Source of the DNA: Phoronis australis
Taxonomy: Eukaryota; Animalia; Phoronida
Direction: 5' to 3'
Length of the DNA stretch: 64,000 nucleotides
Assembly (NCBI GenBank): GCA_002633005.1
Contig: NMRA01000469.1
Coordinates: 107,545 to 171,544 of the forward strand
This document shows, one piece after another, positions 1 to 13,418 of this stretch (position 1 is the stretch's first letter; each line of letters opens with the position of its first letter). A program made the translations under genes and the position numbers. The notes under the pieces are model-generated. The model was not told the origin of the DNA and made no database searches. It saw nothing but the letters and a program-made list of their open reading frames with translations.

Positions 1-164
1 AGAATAGAAAACTCTTACAAACTGTGTGGAAGTATTTGGTAGAGTCAATTAGGAAAAAATTATATCATAGATAATATTTTCACTGAAAAAAACAGTTTGA
101 GGGGGTGTCTACAGTCAAAACTGGCATGCTGCAGGTGAGAGGTGCCATTCTTGTAGATGTTAAG

Positions 165-335
165 AGAAAAAGTGTCTGTGGTATAGAGCATGTATTAAAT
201 ATACACCGAATATGGAACATATCATTGCCTCTTTCAAGATTTGAGAATTTCTGATTAGCAAGGTTGCAAAACATTCATGAGGATAAATGAAGAGTAAAGT
301 TTCACTCAGTTGCTGATGGAAGTAAAGCCACAAAA
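165..335 (+). mobile_element. Decayed PIF/Harbinger transposase N-terminal fragment
   Basis: Frame reads YGTYHCLFQDLRISD*QGCKTFMRINEE*SFTQLLMEVKP, similar to the G.YH.L..EL...D...F..F.RM....F..LL..V.P pattern; contains stops. Confidence 0.45.
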
Positions 336-2631
336 ACAAAACATAATTATAATTATTATAATGATTTGTTTATAATTCACTTTTCTGCATTTAGTTAATA
401 TTTTTCTGATCAACCAAAAAAGACATAATCTTCATTACCTTGAGGTGTCTTGTTTTGAATGACTTCATTAAATCCTACAAAAAATTCAAACTCTCATTAA
501 AATACAAATCTGCAAAGTCACTGAACAGTCAACTTATGAATGGTCAACTTCACATAAAGTAGAAAGGATTTGTTCAGTTCAACATACACTGCAATATAAT
601 CAAACACTGTGACAGTACTTGGTAGAAACACCAGTAGATAATATTAAATTAAGCAGTTTATAACACACGATTCTTAAAAAGTTGAAGTGGCTACACACCT
701 TTTATCAAGAAAATCAGATTTTGATTTAACCACTGACCATTATGAGACTGGTCTGAAATTGTTCTTTAGTAAATTCCGTGATGAATTCAGGGCTTTGAAA
801 GAACTGACAATTAGTTGTTACTTGAGACCAGGAGGCTCTACAAGTTGGCTTGTCATTCTATTAGTTGTTACTTGACACCACGCTCTACAAGTTGGCTAGC
901 CATTTTATGCACTGGGCAAAAGTTTCAACGAATAACAAACTTAAGATCTTTGCAAACCCACAAATCATTTCTCAGCAGACAAGTTCATTCCAATTTTATT
1001 GCGATAACTGGTCAAAATCCAAACCTTGCTTCAAGGCAGAACTCAGGTTCATAGTCACTTTAAAGTTATGCTATTTTTACATTTTCCAAATTAGGAAATG
1101 AACAAAACAGGGACTATTGGTTGAGTACGAAGTCATACACCATGCAAAAGACCTAACTGAGGAAGCAGGGAGACAGTCATATACCTGGCACATTGGTCTG
1201 TAGCATCGCAGGCTCATCACCCATGTTAAAGCTTGATAAGTGTGAGGAATTCATATGTCCTAATGGTAACCTAAAACATAGAACCAAAATTTGTCGACAC
1301 AAATAAAACATTGTGACAAGCTCTACTTCATCATTAACTGATTTGATAAATAAATGTAAAGCAAAACTTTTAGGAAATTCTGCATATTTTAACGTTATCA
1401 AAAATATTGAAAAACACAATTTTGACTATAGCGATTTTTTGGGAAACTGAAGAGATAATCGTAGCTGATTTCCAATGTTTTGTAATCCACCATTTATTCT
1501 AATTAATCCATCATTTATTCTAATTAATCCATCATTTATTCTCATAGCACAGCACAACTGGTATAAGACAATTATCAAACAAACGGCCAAGCGACTTTGC
1601 CAGAGCTAGGACTGCTCATTTATTCTTAACCTATTGAACAACATAAATAACGGTGAATGAGAAGTTGTCATGACCCAGGGCCAGTCTTAATCATGAATAA
1701 CAGTCTCTTTCCATGATAACGATAACATGGTAAAACATGCCTAGTCTCTAAGATGGCAAAAAGGTAGTTGGTCGACAGCATTCTACTCTCTTGTATGGAT
1801 TTAATATTGTTACCCGGATATTTTCCAGCACTTTTTGTAAATTCTTCACGGCCATCACGTTGTCAAATTGCCACTGTTGTGCATTTTATTGGGAACCCCC
1901 GGATGAACACAAGAACAGCGCCATGCGGCGGGACAACTCATAACTAAACACAGGGCTGTAACCGATGCTTTACTAACACCACATCTCTCTCACGGGAGGG
2001 TGAACCAATGAAACAGAGTCCTTGAACATACTTATAACTAATGAGAACAGATTCTTAACCATAACAGTTCCCAACAGCCTATAGGTTCACTTTTTCTAAA
2101 TCCTGTGAAGAGTATTGGGTAGTTGGCAATAATGTTATTGCCTGCAACTGAGCCAATGTGAGCTTTTTGCACACGCTAGGGATTTTCAATTGCAGTTCTA
2201 CCCAACACTGCGTGATTCAAGCCATCAATAACACAAACATATAGGTCAGACAGAGAATTGGCAACTGTCCTTAACCCTAATAGTGAGAGTTATGTGAAAT
2301 TTCCCACAACATTCTAACAACTCTTCACCTGCGCCATACAACAATGTCAGTGGATAAGTGAGTTTTTCCATATACTGTATTTTATGCTGTAACAAGAGAT
2401 TTTGTAGTCTTTTCATACGTTTTTCACTAGCCTACTACTATCATCCTTGTAACACGGTCTCTATGATACATATACATTCATCACAAGACTAAAGCCATCA
2501 ACGTCTGTCTGACTGTGACATCTATGAATCTAGTATGAACTGCACTAACTTCAGTGATTAGTGAGTGACTGAACCACTGAAGTGAAGCAGAGCCAGAGGT
2601 TAGACAGTGATCATCGTCTCTAGCTGGCCCA

Positions 2632-3050
2632 GTGGAGCTCCTATAGGAGTTTCATATGCCGGAATCTTTTCAGCGAATTATGCCTCACACTGACTAAAAC
2701 ATCAAAGTTGCGTTGTTATAAGTACCTTTCGCGATTAGAGAGACACCTTAGGAGGTTGTCGATGAATTCAATTCCTTCCACGCCAGGAGATATAACGTCA
2801 TACTACCTGGCGCACGCAGTGTTAAAAATGGCGAGTTACTGATTTTGGGAATTGAACGAAGGACTGCTCGACAAAAAAGTTTGATAACGGGAGTATTTCT
2901 TTGAGTTGGAATTAGTTAAATACATCGAAGGCCTCCTAAGGTATCCCGCTATGAACAAAAGGTATTTATAACAACGCCACTTTGATGTTTTAGTCAGTGA
3001 GGCATAATTCGCCGAAAAGCTTCCGACATATGAAGCTCCTATAGGAGCCC
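2632..3050. mobile_element. Foldback/MITE with ~150-bp inverted arms
   Basis: ggagctcctataggag...tgactaaaacatcaaag...ccttaggagg is mirrored by cctcctaagg...ctttgatgttttagtca...ctcctataggagcc. Confidence 0.75.
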
Positions 3051-3075
3051 AAACATCCTACTGGCACGTAGGGCG

Positions 3076-4085
3076 GTGGAGCTCCTATATGCGCTTCATA
3101 CACCAGAAGCTTTTCGGCGAATCATGCCTCACATTGATTAAAACATCAAAGTCACATTGTTATAAATACATTTTGCTCACAAAGGATCACCTTAGGAGGC
3201 AAAAGGTATTTATAACAACTTAACATTGATGTTTTAGTCAGTGTGAGACATAATTTGCTGAAAATCTTCGGTAATCATTTACAATATGACGACAATAACT
3301 TACACATGATTTTGGTATCGTTCGATTCCTCGCGCCGTCATCTTTCCAAAAATATATGAATTGATCCCCTACCGCGTTTCCTCATATTTTATCGTCAATT
3401 TCAGTTAGCACTATTTCGCAGTGGACATGCACTGCCATGTTAGCTCAACTCAAGATAACAGCGACATCTATTGTTATTAAAATTAAACAGCATCATATGG
3501 TGGTTGCCCGCGCGAGATTCCCGCTAAAGTTTTCCTGACCTAATATTGATGCACAAGTAGAAGCATTTTACCATTTCCATTTTTTAAAATTGTGACCATT
3601 TGACCATTTTTCCACGAAATTGTCTGAAGACGTGATATTTTCACAAATCTGGACCTCAAAAACAACCTCCGCTTTTTTGGCAGATTCTTGCTAGCAGATG
3701 CGTATATCAGGGTCACCATAGGATCGAATTCGAACCCTTGGTTACGTAACTCGGGCAGGGGATTGACAGGTCTCGGTCAACTTGAACTTATGAAAAGCGA
3801 CGATCTGCAAGTCGTTAGAAAAGTTAAGTTTTTGTCCGCCAGGTAACTCCTTATCCATTCAACATGGCGGTATTACTATTGAGTACCAGGAAATAGTGTG
3901 AGCAGAAATTTCACTATAAAAAACTAAGCTAAGGGAACGGGGTAGGAAAAATTTCTGTGTATATTTGGAAAGATAACATTGCGAGGAATCGAACGATACC
4001 AAAATCATAAGGTCTAAGTCATTGTCGTCATATTGTAAACAATTACCAAATCTTCCGCCGTATGAAGCGCCTATAGGGGCTCCAC
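3076..4085. mobile_element. Related composite foldback/MITE
   Basis: Termini gtggagctcctatatgcgcttcatac / gtatgaagcgcctataggggctccac; internal inverted arms ~3270-3440 vs ~3860-4050. Confidence 0.7.
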
Positions 4086-4539
4086 AGTCTCTACTACGGG
4101 GACAGTAGCGACTGTGCATGGTCACTGTCTCACTCTCAGCCAGGCAGAGCAGAGGCAGAGCTAGAGCCGAACTTCACCTGCTAAAATTCCACGACACCTA
4201 AGGATACCGCTGTTTACATAGTCAAATATCCGTTCAAAATGAGGAATTATAGGTCCCTTAATTACAGATTCATTTGATTATTTTAAGAAAGACAGAAAAA
4301 TACTAGATTATCATGAAAATTCACTTGAGCAGACATCCAAACGGAATCGATTTGTGGCGGCTAGTTGTGTTTTGGTTCTAACAAATAAAGTCATGCGAAT
4401 ATTTTTCCGGCGACAGTTACATAGTTGTAATACTTTACAAAAATAATGTTTCTATATAGTTTATCAAAAATACCAATTTATAAAATTTGTGCTATTTAGG
4501 TTTCGTTTTCTATGTTTACAAAGCCACTTTGTGATTCCG

Positions 4540-4594
4540 ATTCTTATCGTCGAATAGCGGAAGTCTTGCTTAGCAGAGTGTAAATGAGGTAGGC
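4540..4594 (+). promoter_or_regulatory. Candidate SMARCAD1 promoter and short non-coding first exon
   Basis: ETS-type GCGGAAGT at 4557-4564 in a locally CpG-richer region; donor GAG|gtaggc at 4588/4589. Coding exon 1 begins with an acceptor, so an upstream exon must exist. Confidence 0.4.
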
Positions 4595-5235
4595 CTAGCT
4601 CATTGACGAAAACGCTGTCCGGCTTTTTTATTTTTTCCTTTTTTCCTGGCGGTGAATGACAAAAGATTATTATCCGTGTATGTGTGTAAGTGAAATGCAA
4701 AACTATGTGAAATATTTAGTTGTAAGAGTAAGATTAAGTCATCATGTGAGTGCCAGGTTGCATCCCACGCCACGGGCACGGCCACATTTCACATGTCATG
4801 ATGAACGCATCCACTACCATAAGAAACTAGAGCAACACCGCATTTATTTACCTTCACTCTTATCAGGCTTCTATTGTGAGTCAGCATGCGTGAATAATTG
4901 GCTGATAAGCCACCTATGGAACTACTTTTGGCTGAATGGATTACCAGGCCATAAAATGATAATTAGCCAAGACCTTGCTGCATGCAATAGTTAACACCAT
5001 GTTCATGGCAATTTTGAAAGAGTGGACATCTTCTGCTAGTCTTTCGCTGAAAGGGTTTTAAAAAAACTTGGTTTACCGACCTCTGATTTTCTGGATTATG
5101 CAAAATTCAAATTTGCAACGTTTTCAGTTCTGCCATCATTATGCTATGGAAACAAGCAAAAATTGGCAACAATCTGTACAAGCAACAAAAAATATCTTTC
5201 TTATAGCATCACCTAGCCTTGGTGGAAAGCTGTAT

Positions 5236-5790
5236 ACTGTATTGACCCTAATAAACGCCGCGGGCGCTTAGAAAAATTCATTTCACGGAGGTGACGCTTA
5301 TTGTAACCTAAGGCATGCAGTTGAAACCAGGTTTCCAAAACGGGTAAAATCGGAAGCTTGTATTCATCAAATTTACGCTCTGTGACGTATTTGTAGCCCA
5401 TGACAGTCTTTCTACAAAATTGTAGTGTATGTATGTATTGCTATCAATCTGCATTGTTAAATTACGATCATTTTTTAAAAAAATGTGCTGAAATCCGAGG
5501 ACGAAAACTTGCCGACTGATACGTCACTGAATCGCAATCGTTGATAGGAAAACTTGAATTCTTGAATAAAAATACAGTTTCGACTCAACAAATTACCTGA
5601 AATCCTCCTTGTGTTTTACAATTTTTTAAGTTCATGTGGAGTCCAGATTAATTGCGATTAAGTCCAAATCTGCGCTACATTGTACCCCACAACACGAGAA
5701 AAATCTCTGGATGAACACACGTTGTTATCACGTCACGTTTGTCTTGAAGTTCGTCTGTGTATGAGAGTGAGTGAGCGAGTGCGTGCGGGT
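5236..5790 (-). mobile_element. Diverged partial copy of the pogo/mariner-like element at 17192-18695
   Basis: Aligns by eye, in inverted orientation, to 18130-18695 (e.g. tttacgctctgtgacgtat, cttgaataaaaatacagttt). Confidence 0.7.
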
Positions 5791-7309
5791 CATCGACAAC
5801 ACGGACAACAGACTTGGTTACAAAAGACAGAGGATTATGCAAGAAAATGGCATTTGTTAGATTGTTTTTCGATTAAACGGCTGCAACGTGCAAGGTGAGT
5901 GCCGGTTTACTCACACATTTTGTGTGCAAAGGCCGACGGTCGTTAGTTCAACCGTGGAGTATAACATTAATAATCCTAGGCTCGATCTACATGGGTGACG
6001 AGCTGAACTATCCGGGCTGTGTGAAATTTCTGGGTCTAATGGTGACACTGACGCAGTGGTACCTATAGTTAGCCAGCTCGCTGTATCAAGACTATCGTCA
6101 AAATCCAAATTCGTTTTATAGTGTCCCTGTCAGTAATAATGGCATGCTAAAGTTTCTTAATGTTCGTACTTCAGGAACATAACGATCCCGCGTTTTGTAT
6201 ACATACGCACACGCTGCAGATCGCATCTCGGAAATTTCCGATTTGACGGATGACAATGGAATGAGCACAATGAAATTAAACAACGTTTTACAGCTTGTAA
6301 GGGCTATAATAAACGTATTTTGCAATGCATGTGTTCCAAAATCTAAATAACATACAGAGTAGTTCTATATTATCTTAACTTGGGTCCTATATTTTTGTAT
6401 TCGTGCGCGCCGAATGAAAGTAATCGTGAGTGTTGCTGTGTTGCTAATTCTCTTATCCTGGGCCGATTTGAAAAATTCAAAGTTGTACCAGCATTTTTTT
6501 CTCTCTTCAAATATTACACTCAAAACTGCGTAAAACGCTCTCCACAAAAAGTTCAGTCATCTAGGCTAGATTGTAATCAGCTGATCGTATCTTCATGAGC
6601 GAAGCCAATTATCCTCGCTTGTGACTCGATGAATAGAGCAGCTAGGGGTTCCCAATATTCCAGGGCGTCCATGATTTCAATGACGCATTACCCCCACTCG
6701 CCCCTACAGGGGCATACCTAGGTTTCAAAACCCCGCTTGCCAGCTGGGTGAGTGAGCCAGAAAATCTACTCGCCCAGCCCAAAGTTCAGTCGCTCAACCA
6801 TTTGCGTCACTTGCTGCCAATGTCAATAAAAATAATTGTTTCGTGCGTTGGTATCACAATCTACTAGGGGTAGTATCATTTTTAGATAATGAATTCCTGC
6901 TTAGAAACTTTTGACATAAATGAATTCCCAGCAACGCATACATGCATTGTAGTAATATAGGCTACAGCTATGGCGCACATGTGGGTAAAAGACTGGCCAC
7001 TGAGATAAAATTTGACACAAAAATAGTTTTATTAAAAACTGCACTCTTCCTCACCCCTAACACCAAAATGGAAGCGCCCAACCAAAAGCAACAGCACAAG
7101 AAATCAACTTGTCATTAAGTGCATTCTGTGCACATTCACTTGGTCAAAAACTTATTCTTTGAACTTTTGATTTGCTTGCTGACTTTTTACATGATGTGTG
7201 TTTGCTTCATTATTTTGGCAGCCTGCCGAGAACCCCTATACATTATAGTAATATGGTCTGATTGTTGAGCAGGTGCTTTGAACAAGAGGGATTTTGGCTT
7301 TAAATTAAA

Positions 7310-8940
7310 AAAGAAATATACAATGTATATAAAACGTTGCATTGTTCAAACTAAGTTCAAAGTATTCAGTTAGAAAATCTGTCAATCATTAGCACGTTTG
7401 GTTGCCAAGGTATAAGTTCAAAGTATTCAGTAACAATGCCTGTCAATCATTAGCACGTGTCTGGTTGCCTAGGTATCCAGCAGGACAAAATAGGTGCTTC
7501 CCTTAGAAATACACAGCGAACTAGCGGAATATTGCTTGATCTGTCTTTTCTCTCAAGAAACTTGCCCTACTGAATGCACGCCTACCTGTAGGAATACCTT
7601 AGTTCTAAGAAATGACGAACAGCCACCGAGGTACGTAAAAACCCAATCACGTTCAGGATGACGATGCCACTGTATCGTGCACTATATGCCGTCGGAAGTC
7701 CGTCACTTCAATCCCCCAACCTATCTTTTAACTGATATGCTAGAAGTCCGACGTCAGTGTTAGCTCCGTGAGAGTAAACTCGGTCCTCCGTGCAGTAAGC
7801 AACAACTCAAGACTTTTCAAAAATTTCGATTTTAACCGCCCAGCCCCTGTTTTTAGATTCCTAATTTCACTTGCTGTGAGTACGTGGACCGATCTTCTGC
7901 CTTTCCCCCCTTTTTCTTTGTTTCGGACCAGTCCACAAATTCCTTTGTGCATGACCAACTACGGTAATCTCTTGTTTAGACGAATCGCGTAAGGGGTGAC
8001 ATCTACTGAATCAGTAGGAGAGCACGGCGCCGATGTTTTTTACTGCCGGAGCATCGCTAACCAAACTGAAGCTTTATTTTCATGATAAAAACAGCACAAG
8101 GTTCATCTGGGAAACGATAGAGTGCTTTTGCACTCTGAAAATTCGCTCGCCACCTGGGCAACCGGAAAGACAATTTCTACTCGCCCAGCACCATTTTTAC
8201 TCGCATTGGCGACTGGGCGAGTGGCTAAGTATATCCCTGCCCTCCCCCCACACACGCAGTGAGGTTTTTTACAAAAAATGTGTCGAACGAGGCCTTTACA
8301 TCTAAGTTTACAAAAACAGCTCTCTTGTAGTGAGCTTCTTACTAAAAAAACTGTGTGGATCAAGACTTATGTCTTAATTTACGAAAACAGCCAAATAGCT
8401 TACCAAACAGGTATTACAGATATTAAAGATATTGGTTGAACGATGAGTGCAAATTGCAGTTATAAAGTTCATCATATCGTCTTAACTAGCTTTAAATTCT
8501 GTACAATGAGTCATCAAAGCTGCAGTTACCAACACAACAAAAATGCACAGATGATGTGTGGTTTATATTTTGGCAACAGGTGTCACTGCTGTTCCATATT
8601 AAGACGTACATAGAAAAGCATGAAACAGGGGCACACTCAAACATTTTAAATGGGGATATTTTTGTGGCACATCATAATTTATTAAAATAATGACATTTAT
8701 TTTACTTTTAAAGGTGAAAAAACATGAAACTACAGCTCTGAAACACCAGTTTGGAGTTAACCAAGGTCTGTGTCCCTGTATAAAGTACTGAAATAAGTGA
8801 GATATTAGATCACTGAAAGCAGAGACACTTTAGCAACCAAGCAGGTGCTAATGATTGACAGGTTTACTAAATACTTTGAAAATAGTTTAAATACTGCAAC
8901 ATTTTACGTACATTTTTTATACATTGTATATTTATTTCTG
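7310..8940. mobile_element. Old TIR element with nested insertions; partial inverted copy at ~11480-11655
   Basis: gaaatatacaatgtat...tgtcaatcattagcac at 7312-7410 is mirrored at 8830-8938. Confidence 0.5.
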
Positions 8941-10156
8941 AGTTGAAAGGGCCAACTTCTTTCTTTCATTAACTGGGGAGTCCTAGTAATCTTACAATGT
9001 GGGTGTCCAAACAGAGAAATTCTGATTGACAGTGTCCAAGTGATACATTGGGCATCCTTGCCAGGACATCCAGATTAGTGCTAGGGTGTCCAAATGGACA
9101 CCCAAGACATACGCTGCATGAAGGCCTGCTCTGATGTGACGTCCACTATGTATACATATCCTTTTAAACCTGTTATAGTTATTCTCATTTTTGTTGATCT
9201 TCATTGTTGTGCAGTGACATAGTACTCTACAGAGAGTGTGGTCACTTAAACCAAGAAGAAGAAAAAGATACATAAGTGCTTATGCATGCATCCAGCCTAA
9301 AATATAGGAGGGCTCCAATTTTTCCGTATGCGGACCTTTTGTTTACAAAAACCAACTAGGACTAAAAAAATTTTAAAAAAAACGGCTGCCCACTATGTTC
9401 AGGCCAACGAGTTGTGTATCCGCGCAGATTTCCTTTGGTCTCGTTTACTCGGACTTTTTTGCTGAGGCGGACCTTTTTGCCCAATTCACCAAATTGAGGG
9501 GCTCGTTTGAGCCCCCCTGGGTGTGCCCATGGTGCTGGTGAAAATGCCAGTAGTTTTGTTCAAAGTTACACTTGCAGCCGTCCATTTTTATTGCTAACAA
9601 AGACAGCATTTTAAGCCAGCATGCGAAATAGGTATAAGAATCTAGATCTGGTCAGTTTATCTCATGATGCATAATTTTCTAGGTGAAAAAGCATGATGTC
9701 TAGTAATATTGGGCATCAGTTTATGCAGAAGCAATTTGACACGCGACCTTTTCTACTTTTGGTAACTCGAATTCATTTCTTTTGCTTCCCTTTCTCGTAA
9801 ATTGTGTCTTTAACAAATTCTTATTGAGTGGCTTCTCTCTCAACATGTTGATTTCCATAGCAAGTTTAGCAGTTCTAGGTGAGCGGACTCGATGTGTGAT
9901 GGGCTCGCCACCTGGTGATTGCTTATTGGCTTTTGTCGTGATACACTGTATCTGTTGTATCATATGCCTTTGGGTTCTGAATCCCTTCCAAGCTGCTTGC
10001 CAAGACGGTTCAAGTATCAGTGTCGATGGATTCTTAAGCATATCTAGTTGGTCCACCGAGTATTGATAGAGAAAATCAACCACAACCAACACTCGAACCC
10101 ATGATCTTCATCGTCCGAGTCAAACATCCAAACCGATTGGCCAATTGGTGATTGCC

Positions 10157-11146
10157 CAGTGGCGGATCTAGGATATCACAAGGGGGGCCCAACATTTTGT
10201 CCGGCTGTAAGCATTTGCGCAAACCACGATTGTAGATGCGCATAGCACCGAATGGGGGGAGGTCGGGAGGGGGGCTCCCCACCCGCCTAGGAAAATTTTC
10301 CGTTTTTCCTCTAAAAATCAAGCATTTTCCTTGATTCCTGAAGTATATCCAAGAAAAAAAGGCAAAAAAACGGAGATCGTGTCAAACAGGAAAAACTGCA
10401 ATTATCAGAGACTTGAACACATGACCAGGCGGATAGAGCGCGCGTACTTTACCAGACAAGTACACCACCACGACTTAGCTACTAACTTCATAATAAGAGA
10501 CCTACTTGTTTATGGTCCACAGCGTTTGCGCGCGAAACCTACTTCTTTTTGTAATGTTTATTACACGTTTTATATTTTGTGCAATCGGTTCTTAACAAAT
10601 TTGTTATGTTTAAAATAGTCTTCAAATGTCCAAAAGACCAAATCCGTTTTTCGTGTTGGCAATAATGACGGGATTGCTTTGGAAATCGTCTTAAGTTAAG
10701 GTTTGAGAAAGAGAGAATTATGAGTTTCTGAGTGATTCACTCAGGCTTCGATTAAAATTCACATCTTACCAGCAGCTTCTGTTTTTTCATCGTCACTCAG
10801 GTTCCATTTTCTTTAAAAAATGAATAAATTTTCTTCATTGCACAGTGGAGCAGACGACAAAAACGGAGTTGCAGTGCGCAGCGCTTCTGCCGGTCGCCTG
10901 GGATATTGCGGGAGAGCCTATACTTAGCCATAGTTCCATTACGAATGCGCTGTGTTCCCAATTTAACACTTGAAATTAGATCTGAGCCCCTCCGCCCCTC
11001 AATCACTAAAACTGCACACATTTAAATCTTGTTTCATCCGTATAATTTTAATTACCGGGGTTAATTAATTAACTCAACATTTCCCTACGCTCTTGCTGTT
11101 TTATTTTTTTGTGGCAGCCAAGGGGGGCCCCCTAAATCCGCCTATG
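10157..11146. mobile_element. Non-autonomous hAT-like element with 5-bp TSD (TTGCC)
   Basis: Ends cagtggcggatctagg / cctaaatccgcctatg; TTGCC on both flanks. Confidence 0.7.
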
Positions 11147-12755
11147 TTGCCTATTGGTAAATGATTTTGAGAGGCTTTGCTCAATGTCACACCTGGAAAT
11201 GACACGTCACAACTCTCCTTTCCCTTATTTGCATCAAGCATGTCTCCTGGTGCTCATATCATCCACTTCTCTAGTCTACGACAGAGTTGTCGCTCTCAGG
11301 CTTGGAGAATGATTCCCGACCCTCCGTGAGCAGTGCTGACATCTCGTCTGGACGTGGGTTCCAGGCCTTTATGCAGCCCACTGTCAATAGGAACCTTTCA
11401 AGTTTGGACACACACATTTAATGATTACTAGAAAGCCTCTGAAGGCTCACAGTGGGGGCTCTTTTTTTCACAGCAGGAAGAAATATACAATGTATATACA
11501 AAGTATATACAATGTTGCTGTGCTTCGCACTTGGTTGAGAGCATTGTAAAAGTCTTGGTCTACATCAATTTTTTATTAAAAATGCTCACGACAGAAGTTT
11601 ATTTTGTAAACTTAGATGTAAAAACCTTGGTCTATGCAGTTTTTGTAAAAAAATCTTTGTGTTTGGGTGGATTGCTGGGGGTGGGGGGGTTATGCCTCGG
11701 AATCANGAATTATGGATGCCCTGGAATATTGGGAACCCCATTTTGGACACCCTATTTTCGAATTCCTGGATAAAGGCCTGGTGGGTTCTACCGTTTTTTG
11801 GGTGCCAATTTTGAAAATTCTACCAGGACTGTGTTACGGTAATATAAACAAAAAGAACCATTTTTTAGTTATCCTGATTTAAATTAATATCTATTTAAAT
11901 AAAATTATTTACAAACATCATAAGTTCTGCGAAACTTGGGACGTAGACAGGGTCGAATGTAAGCACCAACAGTCCAAAATTGAAACTTACGGCATCTCCA
12001 GTCTTCATCACCAAGGCCGTCCTCACGTGTTCCGTTGACTCCACCAGTCCACCAAAATAATACATTCAAGTTCCTTACACAAAATGCTGCTGTCCGCACC
12101 ATAGCAAAGGCTCACCACATAAACAAATAACGCTCAGTATTTAGGAAGTATGAAGAAAACATAAAGTCCAACCTCAGTGTTCAGATAAATTATGACACAC
12201 GTCTGCTCACCATCGGCGACCAACTAGAACACCGAAAAAACTCAAAACTGTCCCCTAGTGGGAATACCTAACATACCTAACAACTGATTCGAACTGGGCA
12301 TTTTCAGTGTGGGAGGCCCGTGTCCAAATCGTTCATCCAAAACGTAATTTTCTCTTTGAGGATACTTTATTTGGCTGTACATCACACCCAGAAGTTCCAT
12401 GTCAGGACAGGGTTCTGTTTCGGGTCAGCAAATGAACTTTTAGATTATTTGATACCAGTACACTTGTTTGAACTTCTTTAATTTTTGAAGAATTGATATA
12501 AACTAATTTAATTTAATTATCATAAGTTCACATCTTCAAAAATTTAGTGAATTATGCAGAGGGTTTTCTTTTAGTGAAAATTTTATTTCCATCTTATCCT
12601 TAGTTATGCCACACTTGTTTTCTTGTTAAATTGTAAAAACAAAATGTTTTGAATAATGTTTATTGTTATAATTTTATGAAATCTATATAAATATCAGAAG
12701 TCCACTTTCTTTATAGTAGAATGAATGTTCATGTCACTGACTCCATTAGAAAATG

Positions 12756-13418
12756 AGACATAAACTAACTTAAAGTTACCTGTCAGAAACCACTAGCTTT
12801 TGGTCTCATCTCGAGACCTTCATTGGGTGGAATAGGAGAAAACTGGAGCCTCGTACGTGTCTGTTATGTCATCATTTTCATGTGTCTTGAGATGGGACCT
12901 CTGTTGAATCATTGGAGGGAATAAATCCTTGTAGATGGCTAGAAGATCGTAGTCCGAGTCTCTATTAAGTGATGTAGTGTGCCAGTGGATTTCTACCGCT
13001 TCACGTATCTTCCTGCACCAGTATTTGTTCTCCGTCACCAAGATGGTAAAATCATCCAACGAGATGTGGTGTAATGTATGAAAACTGTGTTCACCAATCG
13101 CTGACACTGAGCCGGTCAATGTACTCGGGTGTTCCTTAATCCTAGTGCCGAGGTTCCTAGCAGTCTCATCCATATATCTACAAGATTGACTGCCCTGACT
13201 ACAATGCAAGTTATGTGGCTGAGCCTACTTAAGGAACCTCAGAGATCTGACAGAGGTCCCATCTTGAGAACATGATAATGGTGACATAACAGACACGGGA
13301 GAGGCTCCAGTTACCCACCATTCCACCCGACGAATGTCTTAAGTTGAGACCAAAAGCTAGTGGTTTCAAAAAATTTCATGACTGACAGTTAACTTTACAT
13401 TACTTCTACTTTATGTCT
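12756..13418 (-). mobile_element. Penelope-like retroelement 3' fragment (GIY-YIG endonuclease) with inverted pLTR
   Basis: ORF 12820-13209(-): ETARNLGTRIKEH..SAIGEH..RKIREAVEI..LNRD. Arms ~12756-12905 and ~13248-13418 are inverted copies. Confidence 0.88.

Noticed and set aside
3715-3750. B-box-like GGTTCGAAT (minus strand) as a tRNA gene
   Set aside because: No cloverleaf or A box; lies inside a foldback element.
5888-5900. Strong donor AAG|GTGAGT as SMARCAD1 exon 1
   Set aside because: Lies at the edge of a pogo-like relic with no promoter evidence; kept only as an alternative.
9721-10092. 123-aa minus-strand ORF and overlapping plus-strand ORF
   Set aside because: No recognisable motif or splice support, and an adjacent MITE interrupts the region. 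Probably a decayed repeat; cannot be assigned.
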